Shown here: positions 1 to 9,706 of the stretch, one piece after another
Layout: each line of letters opens with the position of its first letter
Position numbering within the stretch: position 1 is the stretch's first letter
DNA from: Trueperaceae bacterium
Lineage (GTDB): Bacteria; Deinococcota; Deinococci; Deinococcales; Trueperaceae
Assembly (NCBI GenBank): GCA_035703635.1
Contig: DASSXV010000069.1
Location: 24,889 to 88,888, forward strand
Direction of reading: 5' to 3'
Length of the DNA: 64,000 bases
The notes under the pieces: model-generated
Seen by the model: only the letters and a program-made list of their open reading frames with translations
Databases searched by the model: none
What the model was told of the DNA's origin: nothing
Made by a program: the position numbers and the translations under genes

Positions 1-1518
1 GCCATCGTCATACTCGTGTTGCAGCCAACGCCGATGGGGGCGACCGCGCAAGTCAGCGGGCTGTTCGACGCCTTTGTTGGGCGCATAGACACCCTCTGGT
101 ACGCGTACTACTCCATGTTCCACGACTCGCTCGGGACCGTGAACGGCTTCGCAGAGTCACTCAAGTTCGCTACGCCGCTCATCTTCACGGGGTTGGCGGT
201 AGCGTTCGGCTTCCAGTCAGGGCTCTTCAACATCGGCGCGCCAGGCCAGATGGTCATGGGTGCCATCTTCTCCATGTTCGCGGGGCTGTACATCCCTGGC
301 CCGAAGGTCGTCGTTCTGCCGCTGGCGATCCTCGCGGCGGCGTTAGGCGGCGGCCTGTGGGGTGCGCTGCCTGGCTGGCTGAAGGCACGCTTCGGCGCCA
401 ACGAGGTCATCAACACCATCCTCCTCAACTTCGTGGCAGCCTCTGCGCTGCTGTTCATCTTGTCTGCAGGCAACGTCTTCGCCGCCGCGGCGCTGCGGAT
501 CACGGCCGTCGTCGGCGTCTTCGTGGTCGTCGTCATCGTGGCGCTGCTCATCCCGCCGATCCGTGCTGTTGCCGGGAAGGGACCGCGGGTGGCCTTCGCC
601 ATCGCGGCCGTCGTGCTCCTCGCCGGCTCCGTCGTGGCTGGCCTACCCCGGCCAGGCGACCGCCCCATCACCGTCCAGATGCCGTTCAAGGTCAGCGGCA
701 ACGAGCCAAAGTCCAAACCGCTCAATGCGAGCGCCACCATCCCGCAACTGCCGGCCGTGCTCGGCATCAAGAAAGGTGGCGTGAACGTCGTCGCCATCAA
801 TTACGCCGCCGTGCTCGCCGTCGTGGCCGCGCTCGTCGCCCTCTTCCTACTGCCGCGCTTCAGGCGCTTCAGGGCGTGGCCGCTGCGCATAGGTGGGACG
901 CTCGTCGTCGGCGGCGCGGTCTACGGCGTAGGTGCGCTCCTCGGCTGGTCAGGCCTCGCGACGGCCATCCCGCCAACGAAACTCAACCTCTCGTTCGTGC
1001 TCGCCATCGTCATGGCCGTGTTCGTGCATGTCTTCCTCTTCAAGACGCGCTGGGGTTACGAGCTCCGCGCCGTTGGCTTCGCGCCGCGCGCGGCCGAGTA
1101 CGGCGGCGCGCGCATAGCGCGCAACACGATCCTCGCCATGACCATCAGCGGCGCCCTCGCCGGCCTGACCGCCACCCACTACGTGCTTGGCGGGGCGCTC
1201 GAGGACTACGCCCTGCGGCAGTCCATCCCCACCAGTGACGGCTTCGACGGCATTGCCGTAGCGCTCCTCGGCGCCAACCAGCCCGCCTTCATCGTGGCTG
1301 CGGCCTTCCTCTTCGGGGTGCTCAAGTACGGCGGCTCGGTTCTCAACATCACGTTCCCGAACCTCACGCGCGACGTCGTCAGCATGATCCTGGCGCTGGT
1401 CGTGCTCTTCATCGCCGCCAAGGGCTTCCTGCCTGCGCGTCTCATCAATCCAACGAGCTGGCGTGAGCGCCACGACGGCCCGGTGGCCGGTCCCGCCCCG
1501 GCGCCAGAGGAGGGCTGA
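1..1518 (+). CDS. ABC transporter permease (BPD_transp_2, nucleoside/sugar NupB-like), 5'-truncated by the window edge
   Basis: Motifs ATPLIFTGLAVAFGFQSGLFNIGAPGQ, LKARFGANEVINTILLN and GFDGIAVALLG. Highly hydrophobic. The frame is open from base 1. Confidence 0.85.
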   Translation, partial: AIVILVLQPTPMGATAQVSGLFDAFVGRIDTLWYAYYSMFHDSLGTVNGFAESLKFATPLIFTGLAVAFGFQSGLFNIGAPGQMVMGAIFSMFAGLYIPGPKVVVLPLAILAAALGGGLWGALPGWLKARFGANEVINTILLNFVAASALLFILSAGNVFAAAALRITAVVGVFVVVVIVALLIPPIRAVAGKGPRVAFAIAAVVLLAGSVVAGLPRPGDRPITVQMPFKVSGNEPKSKPLNASATIPQLPAVLGIKKGGVNVVAINYAAVLAVVAALVALFLLPRFRRFRAWPLRIGGTLVVGGAVYGVGALLGWSGLATAIPPTKLNLSFVLAIVMAVFVHVFLFKTRWGYELRAVGFAPRAAEYGGARIARNTILAMTISGALAGLTATHYVLGGALEDYALRQSIPTSDGFDGIAVALLGANQPAFIVAAAFLFGVLKYGGSVLNITFPNLTRDVVSMILALVVLFIAAKGFLPARLINPTSWRERHDGPVAGPAPAPEEG

Positions 1519-1519
1519 C

Positions 1520-2458
1520 GTGGACACCGTACTGCTCCTCGCGCTCGCGTCTTCGATGATCCGCGCCACCACGCCGCTCCTACTAGCCGCCCTCGGCGGC
1601 CTCATGAGCGAGCGTTCCGGCATCGTGAACATCGCGCTCGAGGGCATCATTCTCTTCGGCGCCCTCGCAGCCGCCGTCGTGGCTCAACTGATCGAGGCGC
1701 CGTACTTGCGAGCGGACCCGAACGCCCGTGTGTGGTTCGCACCGTGGCTCGGCCTGCTGGCCGCCATGGTGTTGGGCGCACTCGTGGCCGGCGTGCACGC
1801 GCTAGTCTCGATCAGGTACAAGGCCGACCAGATCATCTCCGGAACCGCCATCAACCTCATGGGCATCGGCATCCCCGCGGTCGTCCTCGCCGGCCTCTAC
1901 CAGAACACCGCCACTTCCGAGCCGATCAAGACGCGCTTGCCAGAGATCTCCTTCTTCGGCGTTCCGGGCATGAGCTTCAGCGTCCTCGTCTACATCGCGT
2001 TCCTCCTCGTGCCCGTCGTGTGGTTCGTGGTCTTCCGCACGCCCTTCGGTCTGCGCCTGCGCGCCGTCGGCGAGCACCCGGAGGCCGCGGACTCGCTCGG
2101 CATCAGCGTGACCCGCATGCGCTACGTCGGCGTCATGCTGTCTGGCGTACTAGCTGGCCTTGGTGGTGCTTACCTCTCGATCGGCAACCTCAACCAGTTC
2201 ATCAGCGAGATGTCGGGCGGGCGCGGCTTCATCGCGCTGGCCGCCCTCATCTTCGGGAAGTGGCACCCGCTTGGCGTGCTCGGGGCTACGCTGCTCTTCG
2301 GCGCCTTCCAAGCGACAGAAGTCCTCCTGGGTGGCGGCAAGCTCCTCCCGCCGACGCTCGTGCAGAGCCTGCCTTACATCCTCACGATGCTGGTGCTGGC
2401 AGGCTTCGTCGGCCGCTCCGTTGCACCGAAAGGCCTGGGTAAGGCGTGGAACGAGTGA
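1520..2458 (+). CDS. ABC transporter permease (nucleoside/sugar NupC-like)
   Basis: Motifs TPLLLAALGGLMSERSGIVNIALEG, GLRLRAVGEHPEAA and GRGFIALAALIFGKW. GTG start at 1520 follows a GAGGAGG SD. Confidence 0.9.
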   Translation: MDTVLLLALASSMIRATTPLLLAALGGLMSERSGIVNIALEGIILFGALAAAVVAQLIEAPYLRADPNARVWFAPWLGLLAAMVLGALVAGVHALVSIRYKADQIISGTAINLMGIGIPAVVLAGLYQNTATSEPIKTRLPEISFFGVPGMSFSVLVYIAFLLVPVVWFVVFRTPFGLRLRAVGEHPEAADSLGISVTRMRYVGVMLSGVLAGLGGAYLSIGNLNQFISEMSGGRGFIALAALIFGKWHPLGVLGATLLFGAFQATEVLLGGGKLLPPTLVQSLPYILTMLVLAGFVGRSVAPKGLGKAWNE

Positions 2459-3996
2459 ACCAGGCCGAGCGCCGGGCCGGCCTGCTGCTGCATCCGACCT
2501 CGCTGCCGGGGCCGCACGGCATGGGCGACCTTGGGCGCGAGGCGTATGCCTGGGTCGACTTCCTCGAGGCCGCAGGCCAACGCGTCTGGCAGGTCATGCC
2601 ACTCGGCCCAACGGGTTACGGCGACAGCCCGTACCAGTGCTTCAGCGCCTTCGCAGGCAACCACTTCCTCATCGACTTGCTCGCGTTGAGCACCGCCGAC
2701 CTGTTGACCGCAGAGGAACTAGCGCCCCTGCGCGCCCTGCCGCGTGACCGGGTGGATTTCGGTGCCTTCATCCCGGTGAAGCTGGAGCTCCTTGGCGCGG
2801 CGGCGCGGCGCTTCGACGCCACAGCCACCGCGCCACAGCGCGCCGCAGTAGCCGAGTTCGAGGCCAAGCACGCGGCGTGGCTACCAGACCACGCGCTCTT
2901 CATGGCCCTCAAAGAAGAGAACGGCGGGGCAGCCTGGACGGAGTGGGCGCCGGAGCTCCGCGACCGCGACGCCAGCGCCCTGGCGCGCGCACGCGAGCGC
3001 CTCGCGCCCGCGGTGGCGAAGCACGTCCTGTGGCAGTACTGGTTCTATACCCAATGGGGCGAGCTGCGCACATACGCCAACAGCCGCGACATCGTCATCC
3101 TTGGTGACGTGCCGATCTTCGTCGCGCTCGACTCGACAGACGCATGGTCGCACCCTGAGCAGTACTTCCTCGGGCCGGACGGTAATCCGATCGTCGTGGC
3201 TGGCGTGCCGCCAGACTACTTCTCCGCCACCGGCCAGCGCTGGGGTAACCCCCTCTACCGCTGGGACGTCATGGCGCAAGACGGGTACGCCTGGTGGGTG
3301 GCGCGCGTGCGTGCGGCGCTCGAGCTCGTCGACCGCGTGCGCGTCGATCACTTCAGGGCGTTCGCCGGCTACTGGGAGATCCCGGCAGCAGAGGTGACCG
3401 CCGTCAACGGCCGCTGGGCGCCAGGCCCTGGTCAAGCGCTGTTCGACGCGCTCAAGGCCGGACTGGGCGACTTGCCGTTGGTGGCGGAGGATCTAGGCGT
3501 CATCACCCCGGACGTCGACGCGCTGCGGCTCGCCAACGGCCTGCCTGGCATGAAGGTCCTGCAGTTCGCCTTCGCTGGCGACGCCGACGACCCCTACTTG
3601 CCGCACAACTACGAAGCTAACTGCGTTGTCTACACGGGCACGCACGACAACGACACGAGCGCAGGTTGGTACGAGGCCGCCAGCGAAGCCGAGCGGGACC
3701 TGGTGCGGCGCTACTTGGCGAAAGGCGACGAGAACATCGCCTGGGAGCTCGTGCGCTTAGCGCTGGCGTCCGTCGCCGCGACCGCCATCGCGCCCATGCA
3801 GGATGCGTTGGGGTTGAGTAGCGCAGCGCGCATGAACACCCCAGGCACGGCGGCCGGCAACTGGAGTTGGCGTTTCGAGTGGACCGACGTGCCCTACTGG
3901 CTGGCGCCGCAACTCCGGGAGCTGGCCGAGCTTTATGGCCGAGTGCCAGGCGGTGGCGGCGCCGATACCCCTTACCGTCAATCCGTTACCGACTAG
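2455..3996 (+). CDS. malQ: 4-alpha-glucanotransferase (amylomaltase, GH77)
   Basis: Motifs GLLLHPTSLPG, WQVMPLGPT, GVPPDYFSATGQRWGNPLY, RVDHFR, AEDLG and YTGTHDNDT. GTGA overlap with the upstream stop. Confidence 0.95.
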   Translation: MNQAERRAGLLLHPTSLPGPHGMGDLGREAYAWVDFLEAAGQRVWQVMPLGPTGYGDSPYQCFSAFAGNHFLIDLLALSTADLLTAEELAPLRALPRDRVDFGAFIPVKLELLGAAARRFDATATAPQRAAVAEFEAKHAAWLPDHALFMALKEENGGAAWTEWAPELRDRDASALARARERLAPAVAKHVLWQYWFYTQWGELRTYANSRDIVILGDVPIFVALDSTDAWSHPEQYFLGPDGNPIVVAGVPPDYFSATGQRWGNPLYRWDVMAQDGYAWWVARVRAALELVDRVRVDHFRAFAGYWEIPAAEVTAVNGRWAPGPGQALFDALKAGLGDLPLVAEDLGVITPDVDALRLANGLPGMKVLQFAFAGDADDPYLPHNYEANCVVYTGTHDNDTSAGWYEAASEAERDLVRRYLAKGDENIAWELVRLALASVAATAIAPMQDALGLSSAARMNTPGTAAGNWSWRFEWTDVPYWLAPQLRELAELYGRVPGGGGADTPYRQSVTD

Positions 3997-4005
3997 CCAA
4001 CGACC

Positions 4006-5232
4006 TCAATTGCGGAAGATGACCGACTCGCGTTTGAAATTCGCAAGCGCGAAGCGCAGCAGCAGCAGGCAAGCTACCGCCATGACCGCCCACGTGATCA
4101 AGACCTCGTCGCCGGTGAACGTGCCCCTCACGACGTTGTCCATGAGAACTAGGACGTTGAAGACGGGCACGTAGTAGACGGCGTCAGAGAGGCCGATGAG
4201 GTCCTTGAACTGCAGCGCCACCGCGGGGAGCACGAACACGAACGATAGCGGCGCGATGTAACTCTGCGCTTCCTTGAACGAGCGCGCGAACATCCCGACC
4301 CCAAGGAGCAAGGCGGAGACGAACCCGGCGAGCAGGAGGGCGCTGACGAGCAGCAGCAAGATGGCGACGAAGCTCACGGAGAGGCCGCCACCCATGACGC
4401 CGACGATGGCCTCCGCCTGCTCGCCGAGCCGCGGAACGAAGACGTTCTGCATGACTAGACTGCCGACGAGGAAGCCGATGATGGCCATGCTGGCGGCGCT
4501 TAGTCCGAAGAGCATGGTGGCGATGAACTTGCCCGCCACCACCTCGGCGCGGCGCACGGGGGCCACGAGCAGGACCTCGAGCGTGCCGCGCTCCTTCTCG
4601 CCCGCCGTGGCGTCGACGGCGGTCATCTGACCGCCGGTCAGGGTCCAGATGGCGATGAAGAACGGGATCAGCCACGAGAGCTGGCCGCTGGTGCGCTCGG
4701 CTTGGCTGCTGGCGTCCACGGTCGTGATGGTCACGGGGGTGAGCACAGCTGCGTTCAACCCGGCGGCCTCGAGGCGCTGGCCGACGACCCCGCGCTGATA
4801 ACTGGAGACTGCTTGCTGCACCTTCGAAGCGCTTAGCTCGCTCTTCATGTTGCCGACCTTGGTGACGAGCTCGATGGCGGCGTTGCTGCCGGCCGCGATG
4901 GCGGACCCGAAGCCATCAGGCACTACGATCGCCACCTCGACCGTACCGTCCTGCACGGCCTTGGTGGCGTCCGTCACGCTTCGCAGGTCGAGGTTGGCCG
5001 CGGTGAACGCGGCCTGCAGGTCCGCTGGCATGTTGGTGAGGCCGACTGCGCCGACGGCCGTTGTCGTCACCTGCTCGCGCTCGAGCAGCCCGCCGAGGAG
5101 CAGCGGGAGGCCAAGCATCATCACCGGCACCAAGAGGAGCGGGATGAGCAGGTTCGAGATGATGGCGCGCGTGTCACGCAACGTCGAGACGATCTCTTTG
5201 CGCGCGAGGCGCGCGACTATGCCTGGCCTCAC
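4006..5232 (-). CDS. ABC-2 type exporter permease (NatB-like)
   Basis: Motifs [28 protein letters not shown] and [10 protein letters not shown]. Confidence 0.85.
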   Translation of the reverse strand: MRPGIVARLARKEIVSTLRDTRAIISNLLIPLLLVPVMMLGLPLLLGGLLEREQVTTTAVGAVGLTNMPADLQAAFTAANLDLRSVTDATKAVQDGTVEVAIVVPDGFGSAIAAGSNAAIELVTKVGNMKSELSASKVQQAVSSYQRGVVGQRLEAAGLNAAVLTPVTITTVDASSQAERTSGQLSWLIPFFIAIWTLTGGQMTAVDATAGEKERGTLEVLLVAPVRRAEVVAGKFIATMLFGLSAASMAIIGFLVGSLVMQNVFVPRLGEQAEAIVGVMGGGLSVSFVAILLLLVSALLLAGFVSALLLGVGMFARSFKEAQSYIAPLSFVFVLPAVALQFKDLIGLSDAVYYVPVFNVLVLMDNVVRGTFTGDEVLITWAVMAVACLLLLRFALANFKRESVIFRN

Positions 5233-5981
5233 GCCGCCGCTCCGTTCGCGAGGTCGTAGCGGCTGACGAGGCGGAAGAACGCCTCCTCGAGGCCCTTGCC
5301 TTCACCCTGAGCGGAGAGCTCCGCGATGGTGCCATCGGCGATCTTGCGGCCACGGTAGATGATGCACGCCCGGCCGCATAGCTCCTCCACCTCGCTCATG
5401 ACGTGAGTCGAGTAGATGACGGCCCGGCCGGCGCTGGGGTACGCCTTGACGAAGTCGATGACGGCGCGGCGCGCAACCACGTCGAGGCCGCTCGTCGCCT
5501 CGTCGAAATAGATGACGGGCGGGTCGTGCAGCACCGCTCGCGCGATGACGATCTTCTGCTTCATCCCGGTCGAGAAGCCGCCTGCGCGACGTGACAGGGT
5601 GTCGCCGAGCTGCAGGAGGTCGTCAAGCGCCTCGATGCGCTTCTCGACGGCAGCGGGCCTCATTCCGTAAAGGCCGCCGAAGTAGTGCAGGATCTCGCGG
5701 CCAGTCAGGCGGTCGTAGAGGCCCATGCCGCCGTTGACGACGCCGATGGCCGCTCTCAGGCCCTCGCTGTCTTTCACGAGGTTGTGACCAGCAACCGTCG
5801 CGGCGCCGGAGTCTGGCGCTAACAGCGTGGCTAGCACCCGCAGCGTCGTCGTCTTGCCTGCGCCGTTCGGTCCGAGCAGGCCGTAAACCTCGCCAGACCC
5901 GACAGAGAAGCTCAAGTCGACCACGGCTTTCACTGCACCGAAACTCTTGGAGATACCGCGTACTGAAATAAGCTCGTCCAC
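5229..5981 (-). CDS. ABC exporter ATP-binding protein (NatA-like)
   Basis: Walker A GPNGAGKT, signature FSTGMKQK, Walker B YFDE. Leaderless-type TAAAGT 7 nt upstream. Confidence 0.9.
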   Translation of the reverse strand: MDELISVRGISKSFGAVKAVVDLSFSVGSGEVYGLLGPNGAGKTTTLRVLATLLAPDSGAATVAGHNLVKDSEGLRAAIGVVNGGMGLYDRLTGREILHYFGGLYGMRPAAVEKRIEALDDLLQLGDTLSRRAGGFSTGMKQKIVIARAVLHDPPVIYFDEATSGLDVVARRAVIDFVKAYPSAGRAVIYSTHVMSEVEELCGRACIIYRGRKIADGTIAELSAQGEGKGLEEAFFRLVSRYDLANGAAA

Positions 5982-6056
5982 GAGGGGAACTTTACCAGAC
6001 AGGCTTCTGCGGCCCTCCGGCCGTCAGCGCAGCTGGGGGCTTGCTATCATCGCGGG

Positions 6057-6836
6057 GTGAATCAGCGCGACATCGCCGCGTTGGACGGCTACCAGTTCCT
6101 CCCGCGAGGCCTGCACGACGTGACGACCGTCGACCTGACGACGAGCGTGCTAGGAGTCGACTTGGAGGCGCCCATCGTGCTGCGCCGCCGTAGGGGAGAC
6201 CGCGTTACCGCCGGTCAGCTCGCGGTCCTCCCGGCCGCCGTAGCGCTTTCAGGCACAGACAAACACGCCAGCTCGCTGACGATCGCCGTGCTACCGCCGC
6301 TTGGCATGGCTGACCTCGTGGCGCAGGTCAGGGAGCTGGCGACGCGCGGCGTGGCCGCCGTCGGGCTTGACCTTGCCCCCCTCGCCGAGAGCGCCCCTTA
6401 CGGGGCAGGCGGCTGGTACCCCCGCACGCGCGAGGACGTCGCCGAGCTGCGGGCGGCCGCCGGCTGTCCGTTGTGGCTCTTCGGGGTGGCTAGCGCCGCG
6501 GACGCCGAGGTTGCGGCGGAGGCTGGCGCAGACTGCGTCGTCGTCAGTGGCGACCTCGGCAGCCGTGTTGCCGCCCCGGCGGCTATCGACCTCCTGCCTG
6601 AGATCGTCGACGCCGTCGGCGGCATGCTCAGCGTGGCGGCTGGCGGTCCGCTACGCGATGGGGTCGACGTTCTGCGCTATCTGGCGGTCGGCGCGGAACT
6701 CGTGGTCGTAGACGGCGACCGCGACCCGACTGACCTGCTAGCGGAACTCAGCTACGCCATGCGCCTAACCGGCTGCGCCAACCTAGGTGACGTCGGCTAC
6801 GACCTCCTCTTCGCCCCGCTGTTCGACGAAACGTGA
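6057..6836 (+). CDS. Divergent FMN-dependent alpha-hydroxy acid dehydrogenase-like TIM-barrel protein
   Basis: Family-like segments FLPRGLHDV, DLTTSVLG, AEAGADCVVVS, GGPLRDGVDVLRYLAVGA and ELSYAMRLTG. The catalytic SNHGGR motif is absent. Confidence 0.65.
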   Translation: MNQRDIAALDGYQFLPRGLHDVTTVDLTTSVLGVDLEAPIVLRRRRGDRVTAGQLAVLPAAVALSGTDKHASSLTIAVLPPLGMADLVAQVRELATRGVAAVGLDLAPLAESAPYGAGGWYPRTREDVAELRAAAGCPLWLFGVASAADAEVAAEAGADCVVVSGDLGSRVAAPAAIDLLPEIVDAVGGMLSVAAGGPLRDGVDVLRYLAVGAELVVVDGDRDPTDLLAELSYAMRLTGCANLGDVGYDLLFAPLFDET

Positions 6837-7423
6837 TCGCGTTCGTCGACGGCGTCGTTGCCGAGGTCGGAGAGGCAAGCGTCGTGGTGGCTGTCGGTGG
6901 CTTCGGGCTGGAGGTGCTGGCGCCGAGTTCCACGCTCGCCCGCTGCACAGTCGGTCAACAGATCAAACTGCGCACGCTGCTCGTGTTTCGCGATGAGCAG
7001 CCGAGCCTTTTCGGTTTTCACCAGTCCGAGCAGGCCGTGCTCTTCCGGCGCCTGCTTGATGTCGGCGGCATCGGCCCTAAGCTGGCGCTGGCGATTCTCT
7101 CGAGCATCCCACCTGCCCTCGTCGTGACCGCCGTCGTCAACGCCGACCCTGCGCTTCTGACGAGCGCCCCAGGGGTGGGGAAGCGCACGGCGGAGCGCAT
7201 CGTGCTCGAGCTGAAGGGGCGCTTGCCAGAGGAGCTTCTCGCCCTCGACTCCGGGGCCACGAGTGCTGGCATCGGGAGTGCAGGCGAGGACGCCGTTGCC
7301 GCCCTGTTGGCGCTTGGTTACCGCGAAGGTCAGGTGCGCAACCTGATCGTCGAGTTGGCAGCCCAGAACCGCGAAGACGGCGCCGAAGCGCTCATCCGCA
7401 AGGCGCTAGCCCGGTTGCGTTGA
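6833..7423 (+). CDS. ruvA: Holliday junction branch migration protein RuvA
   Basis: MIAFVDG start, LFGF, HhH motifs VGGIGPKLAL and PGVGKRTAERIVLELK, and C-terminal ALLALGY. Confidence 0.95.
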   Translation: MIAFVDGVVAEVGEASVVVAVGGFGLEVLAPSSTLARCTVGQQIKLRTLLVFRDEQPSLFGFHQSEQAVLFRRLLDVGGIGPKLALAILSSIPPALVVTAVVNADPALLTSAPGVGKRTAERIVLELKGRLPEELLALDSGATSAGIGSAGEDAVAALLALGYREGQVRNLIVELAAQNREDGAEALIRKALARLR

Positions 7424-7429
7424 GACCAG

Positions 7430-8554
7430 CTAAGCAGTGACGGGCTGGGAGCGCAGCGCCGCGGCAGGGTCGTGCGTCGTCAGGCCGAAGGTCTGTGCGA
7501 CGGCCGCGTGGGTGACGACGCCTGCGTGCGTGTTGAGCCCCCTCAGGAAGGCTGGGTCGTCCAACAAGGCTTGCGTGCCCTTGGCGGCGAGCTTGAGCGC
7601 GTACGGCAGCGTCTGGTTGGAGAGCGCACGGGTGCTGGTGTTCGGCACCGCCCCCGGCATGTTGGCGACGCCGTAGTGCACCACGCCGTCCACCACGTAA
7701 GTCGGGTGCTCGTGAGTGGTGGCGTGGATGGTCTCGATGCAGCCTCCCTGGTCGACGGCGACGTCGACGATGACGCTGCCTGGCTTCATGTAGGCGAGCA
7801 TGTCGCGCGTCACTAGCTGCGGCGCCCTCGCGCCAGGTATGAGCACGGCGCCGATCAGCAAGTCGGTGGAGGGAAGCAAGTCGCGGAGGTTGCCAGCGTT
7901 GCTAGCGAGGGTCTGCACGTGGCCGCTGAAGACGTCGTCGAGGTACTGCAGGCGCGCATGGTTGACGTCGAGGAGGTTGACGCGCGCCCCGAGCCCGAGC
8001 GCTAGCTTGGCCGCGTTCGTGCCGACTACGCCAGCGCCGAGCACGGTAACGACGCCAGCCTGCACGCCAGGCACGCCTGCGAGGAGCACGCCGTTACCTC
8101 CGTGCGCCCGCTCGAGGAAGTGCGATCCGACTTGCGGCGCCATGCGGCCCGCTACCTCGCTCATGGGGGTGAGGAGCGGCAGCGCGCCCGTCGCCAACTG
8201 CACCGTCTCGTAGGCAACAGCCGTTGCGCCTGTGCGCATAAGCGTGTCCGTTAGGGCGCGATCGGCGGCCAAGTGCAAGTAGGTGAAGAGGAGCAGGTCA
8301 GCGCGCAAGTAGTGGTACTCGCTCGCGATCGGCTCCTTGACCTTCATGACCAAGCGTTGCGCCCAGGCGTCGTCTGCCGTGCCTAGCTCGGCGCCTGCGT
8401 TGCGGTACTCGTCGTCGGTGAAGCTCGAGCCGGAGCCTGCGCCCGCCTCGACGACGACGCGGTTCCCGGCCCTCACGAGGTCGTGAACGGCGCCGGGGGT
8501 GCATGACACCCGGAACTCTTGCGGCTTGATCTCTTTGGGGATCCCGATGTTCAT
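7430..8554 (-). CDS. ald: Alanine dehydrogenase
   Basis: Motifs IGIPKEIKPQEFRV, KVKEP, FTYLHLAA, PMSEVAGR, DVAVDQGGC and VANMPGAVP. Confidence 0.95.
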   Translation of the reverse strand: MNIGIPKEIKPQEFRVSCTPGAVHDLVRAGNRVVVEAGAGSGSSFTDDEYRNAGAELGTADDAWAQRLVMKVKEPIASEYHYLRADLLLFTYLHLAADRALTDTLMRTGATAVAYETVQLATGALPLLTPMSEVAGRMAPQVGSHFLERAHGGNGVLLAGVPGVQAGVVTVLGAGVVGTNAAKLALGLGARVNLLDVNHARLQYLDDVFSGHVQTLASNAGNLRDLLPSTDLLIGAVLIPGARAPQLVTRDMLAYMKPGSVIVDVAVDQGGCIETIHATTHEHPTYVVDGVVHYGVANMPGAVPNTSTRALSNQTLPYALKLAAKGTQALLDDPAFLRGLNTHAGVVTHAAVAQTFGLTTHDPAAALRSQPVTA

Positions 8555-8679
8555 CTCAGCTCCCTATGGGCCAGGTGCGCTAACGGTTTGGCGGTGCGCT
8601 GCGGGGCAACCCCATGAGTGTACCGAGCGCGCACCTTGGGGTAGTGGCGGTGTGGGCGCTGAAGGCCAACGAGGCTACC

Positions 8680-9648
8680 TCAGGGCGTCAGGCCGCGCTG
8701 CCATACGCGTAAGTAGCGCATGCGCTCGCCAGCAGGTTCGACGACCGCCGCTACCTTGCCGTCCTCGTCGAGCAGTAGCGTCGTGCCCGAAATGGCGAGG
8801 CCGACTTGCTTGCCTTGGCGCACGGCCACGGCGACCTTGGAGTCTAGCTCTACTTTGGGTAGGTCGATGGCGGTAACTGGGTCAAGGCGCGGCGCCGTGG
8901 CGATCTCCTCCAGCGGCGAGCAGCGCGTTAGGTCGATCGCTCCCGCCGCGACCCGGACGAGCCCAGCGAGGTGAGCGGGCGTTGCAAGCAGCGCGCCGAG
9001 GTCGCGGGCGAACGAGCGGACGTAAGTTCCTGCCGCCACTTCCAGGCGGAAGAGCGCGCACGGCAGTTGAGTCAACTCGGGAGGCAGCTCGAAGGTGTGG
9101 CCGCTCACGTCCGGTGCGGCGGCCCAACCGCTGGCGCTCGGCGCGAACGTCGTTGGCAGGTCCGCACGGCGCGGGGCGAACCCCAACAGGTCGACCTTGA
9201 AGTAGGCCACGGCGCGGGCGGGTGGCTCGAGCGCTTCACCGCGGCGTGCGGCGGCGTAACTCCGCTGCCCCGCCTGCTTGATCGCCGAGTACGCTGGCGG
9301 CCGCTGCTCCCTCACCTCGAGGAAAGCGCTGGCTGCCTCGACGACGCGCTCGCGCGTGAGGCCCGCGGCGTCTCCCCAAGTCAGGTCCCCGTCATCGGCT
9401 GGCGCTTCCGCGTCGAGGGTCGGGGTGCCAAGGCCGAAAGCTACCCAAGCGAGGTACGACTTGCGGCTGGCGCTCATGAAGGGCGACAGCTTCGTCGCTT
9501 CTTCCGACAAGAGGACGAGCACGCCGGTGGCGAGCGGGTCGAGGGTGCCCGCGTGCCCGACACGCCTAGTGCCGAGCAGGCGGCGCGCCCGCGCCACGGC
9601 GTCATGCGAGGTGATGCCTAGCGGCTTGTAGACGAGGTGGATGGGCAC
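8680..9648 (-). CDS. truB: tRNA pseudouridine(55) synthase
   Basis: Motifs KPLGITSHD, VGHAGTLDPLATG, PPAYSAIK and GTYVRSFARDLG. Confidence 0.93.
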   Translation of the reverse strand: MPIHLVYKPLGITSHDAVARARRLLGTRRVGHAGTLDPLATGVLVLLSEEATKLSPFMSASRKSYLAWVAFGLGTPTLDAEAPADDGDLTWGDAAGLTRERVVEAASAFLEVREQRPPAYSAIKQAGQRSYAAARRGEALEPPARAVAYFKVDLLGFAPRRADLPTTFAPSASGWAAAPDVSGHTFELPPELTQLPCALFRLEVAAGTYVRSFARDLGALLATPAHLAGLVRVAAGAIDLTRCSPLEEIATAPRLDPVTAIDLPKVELDSKVAVAVRQGKQVGLAISGTTLLLDEDGKVAAVVEPAGERMRYLRVWQRGLTP

Positions 9649-9706
9649 TGAGCCATCATGCCACCCGCATGCCGCTTGTTGGTCGCCCGCGGACCTCGTC
9701 GGCGAG

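Noticed and set aside
6833-7423. ruvA without adjacent ruvB/ruvC
   Set aside because: Dispersed ruv genes are common and do not indicate loss.
8555-8679. ald leader with repeated AGCGCACC and a short GGGG/CCCC hairpin
   Set aside because: Too short and GC-rich to distinguish from chance, and it matches no riboswitch I recognise.
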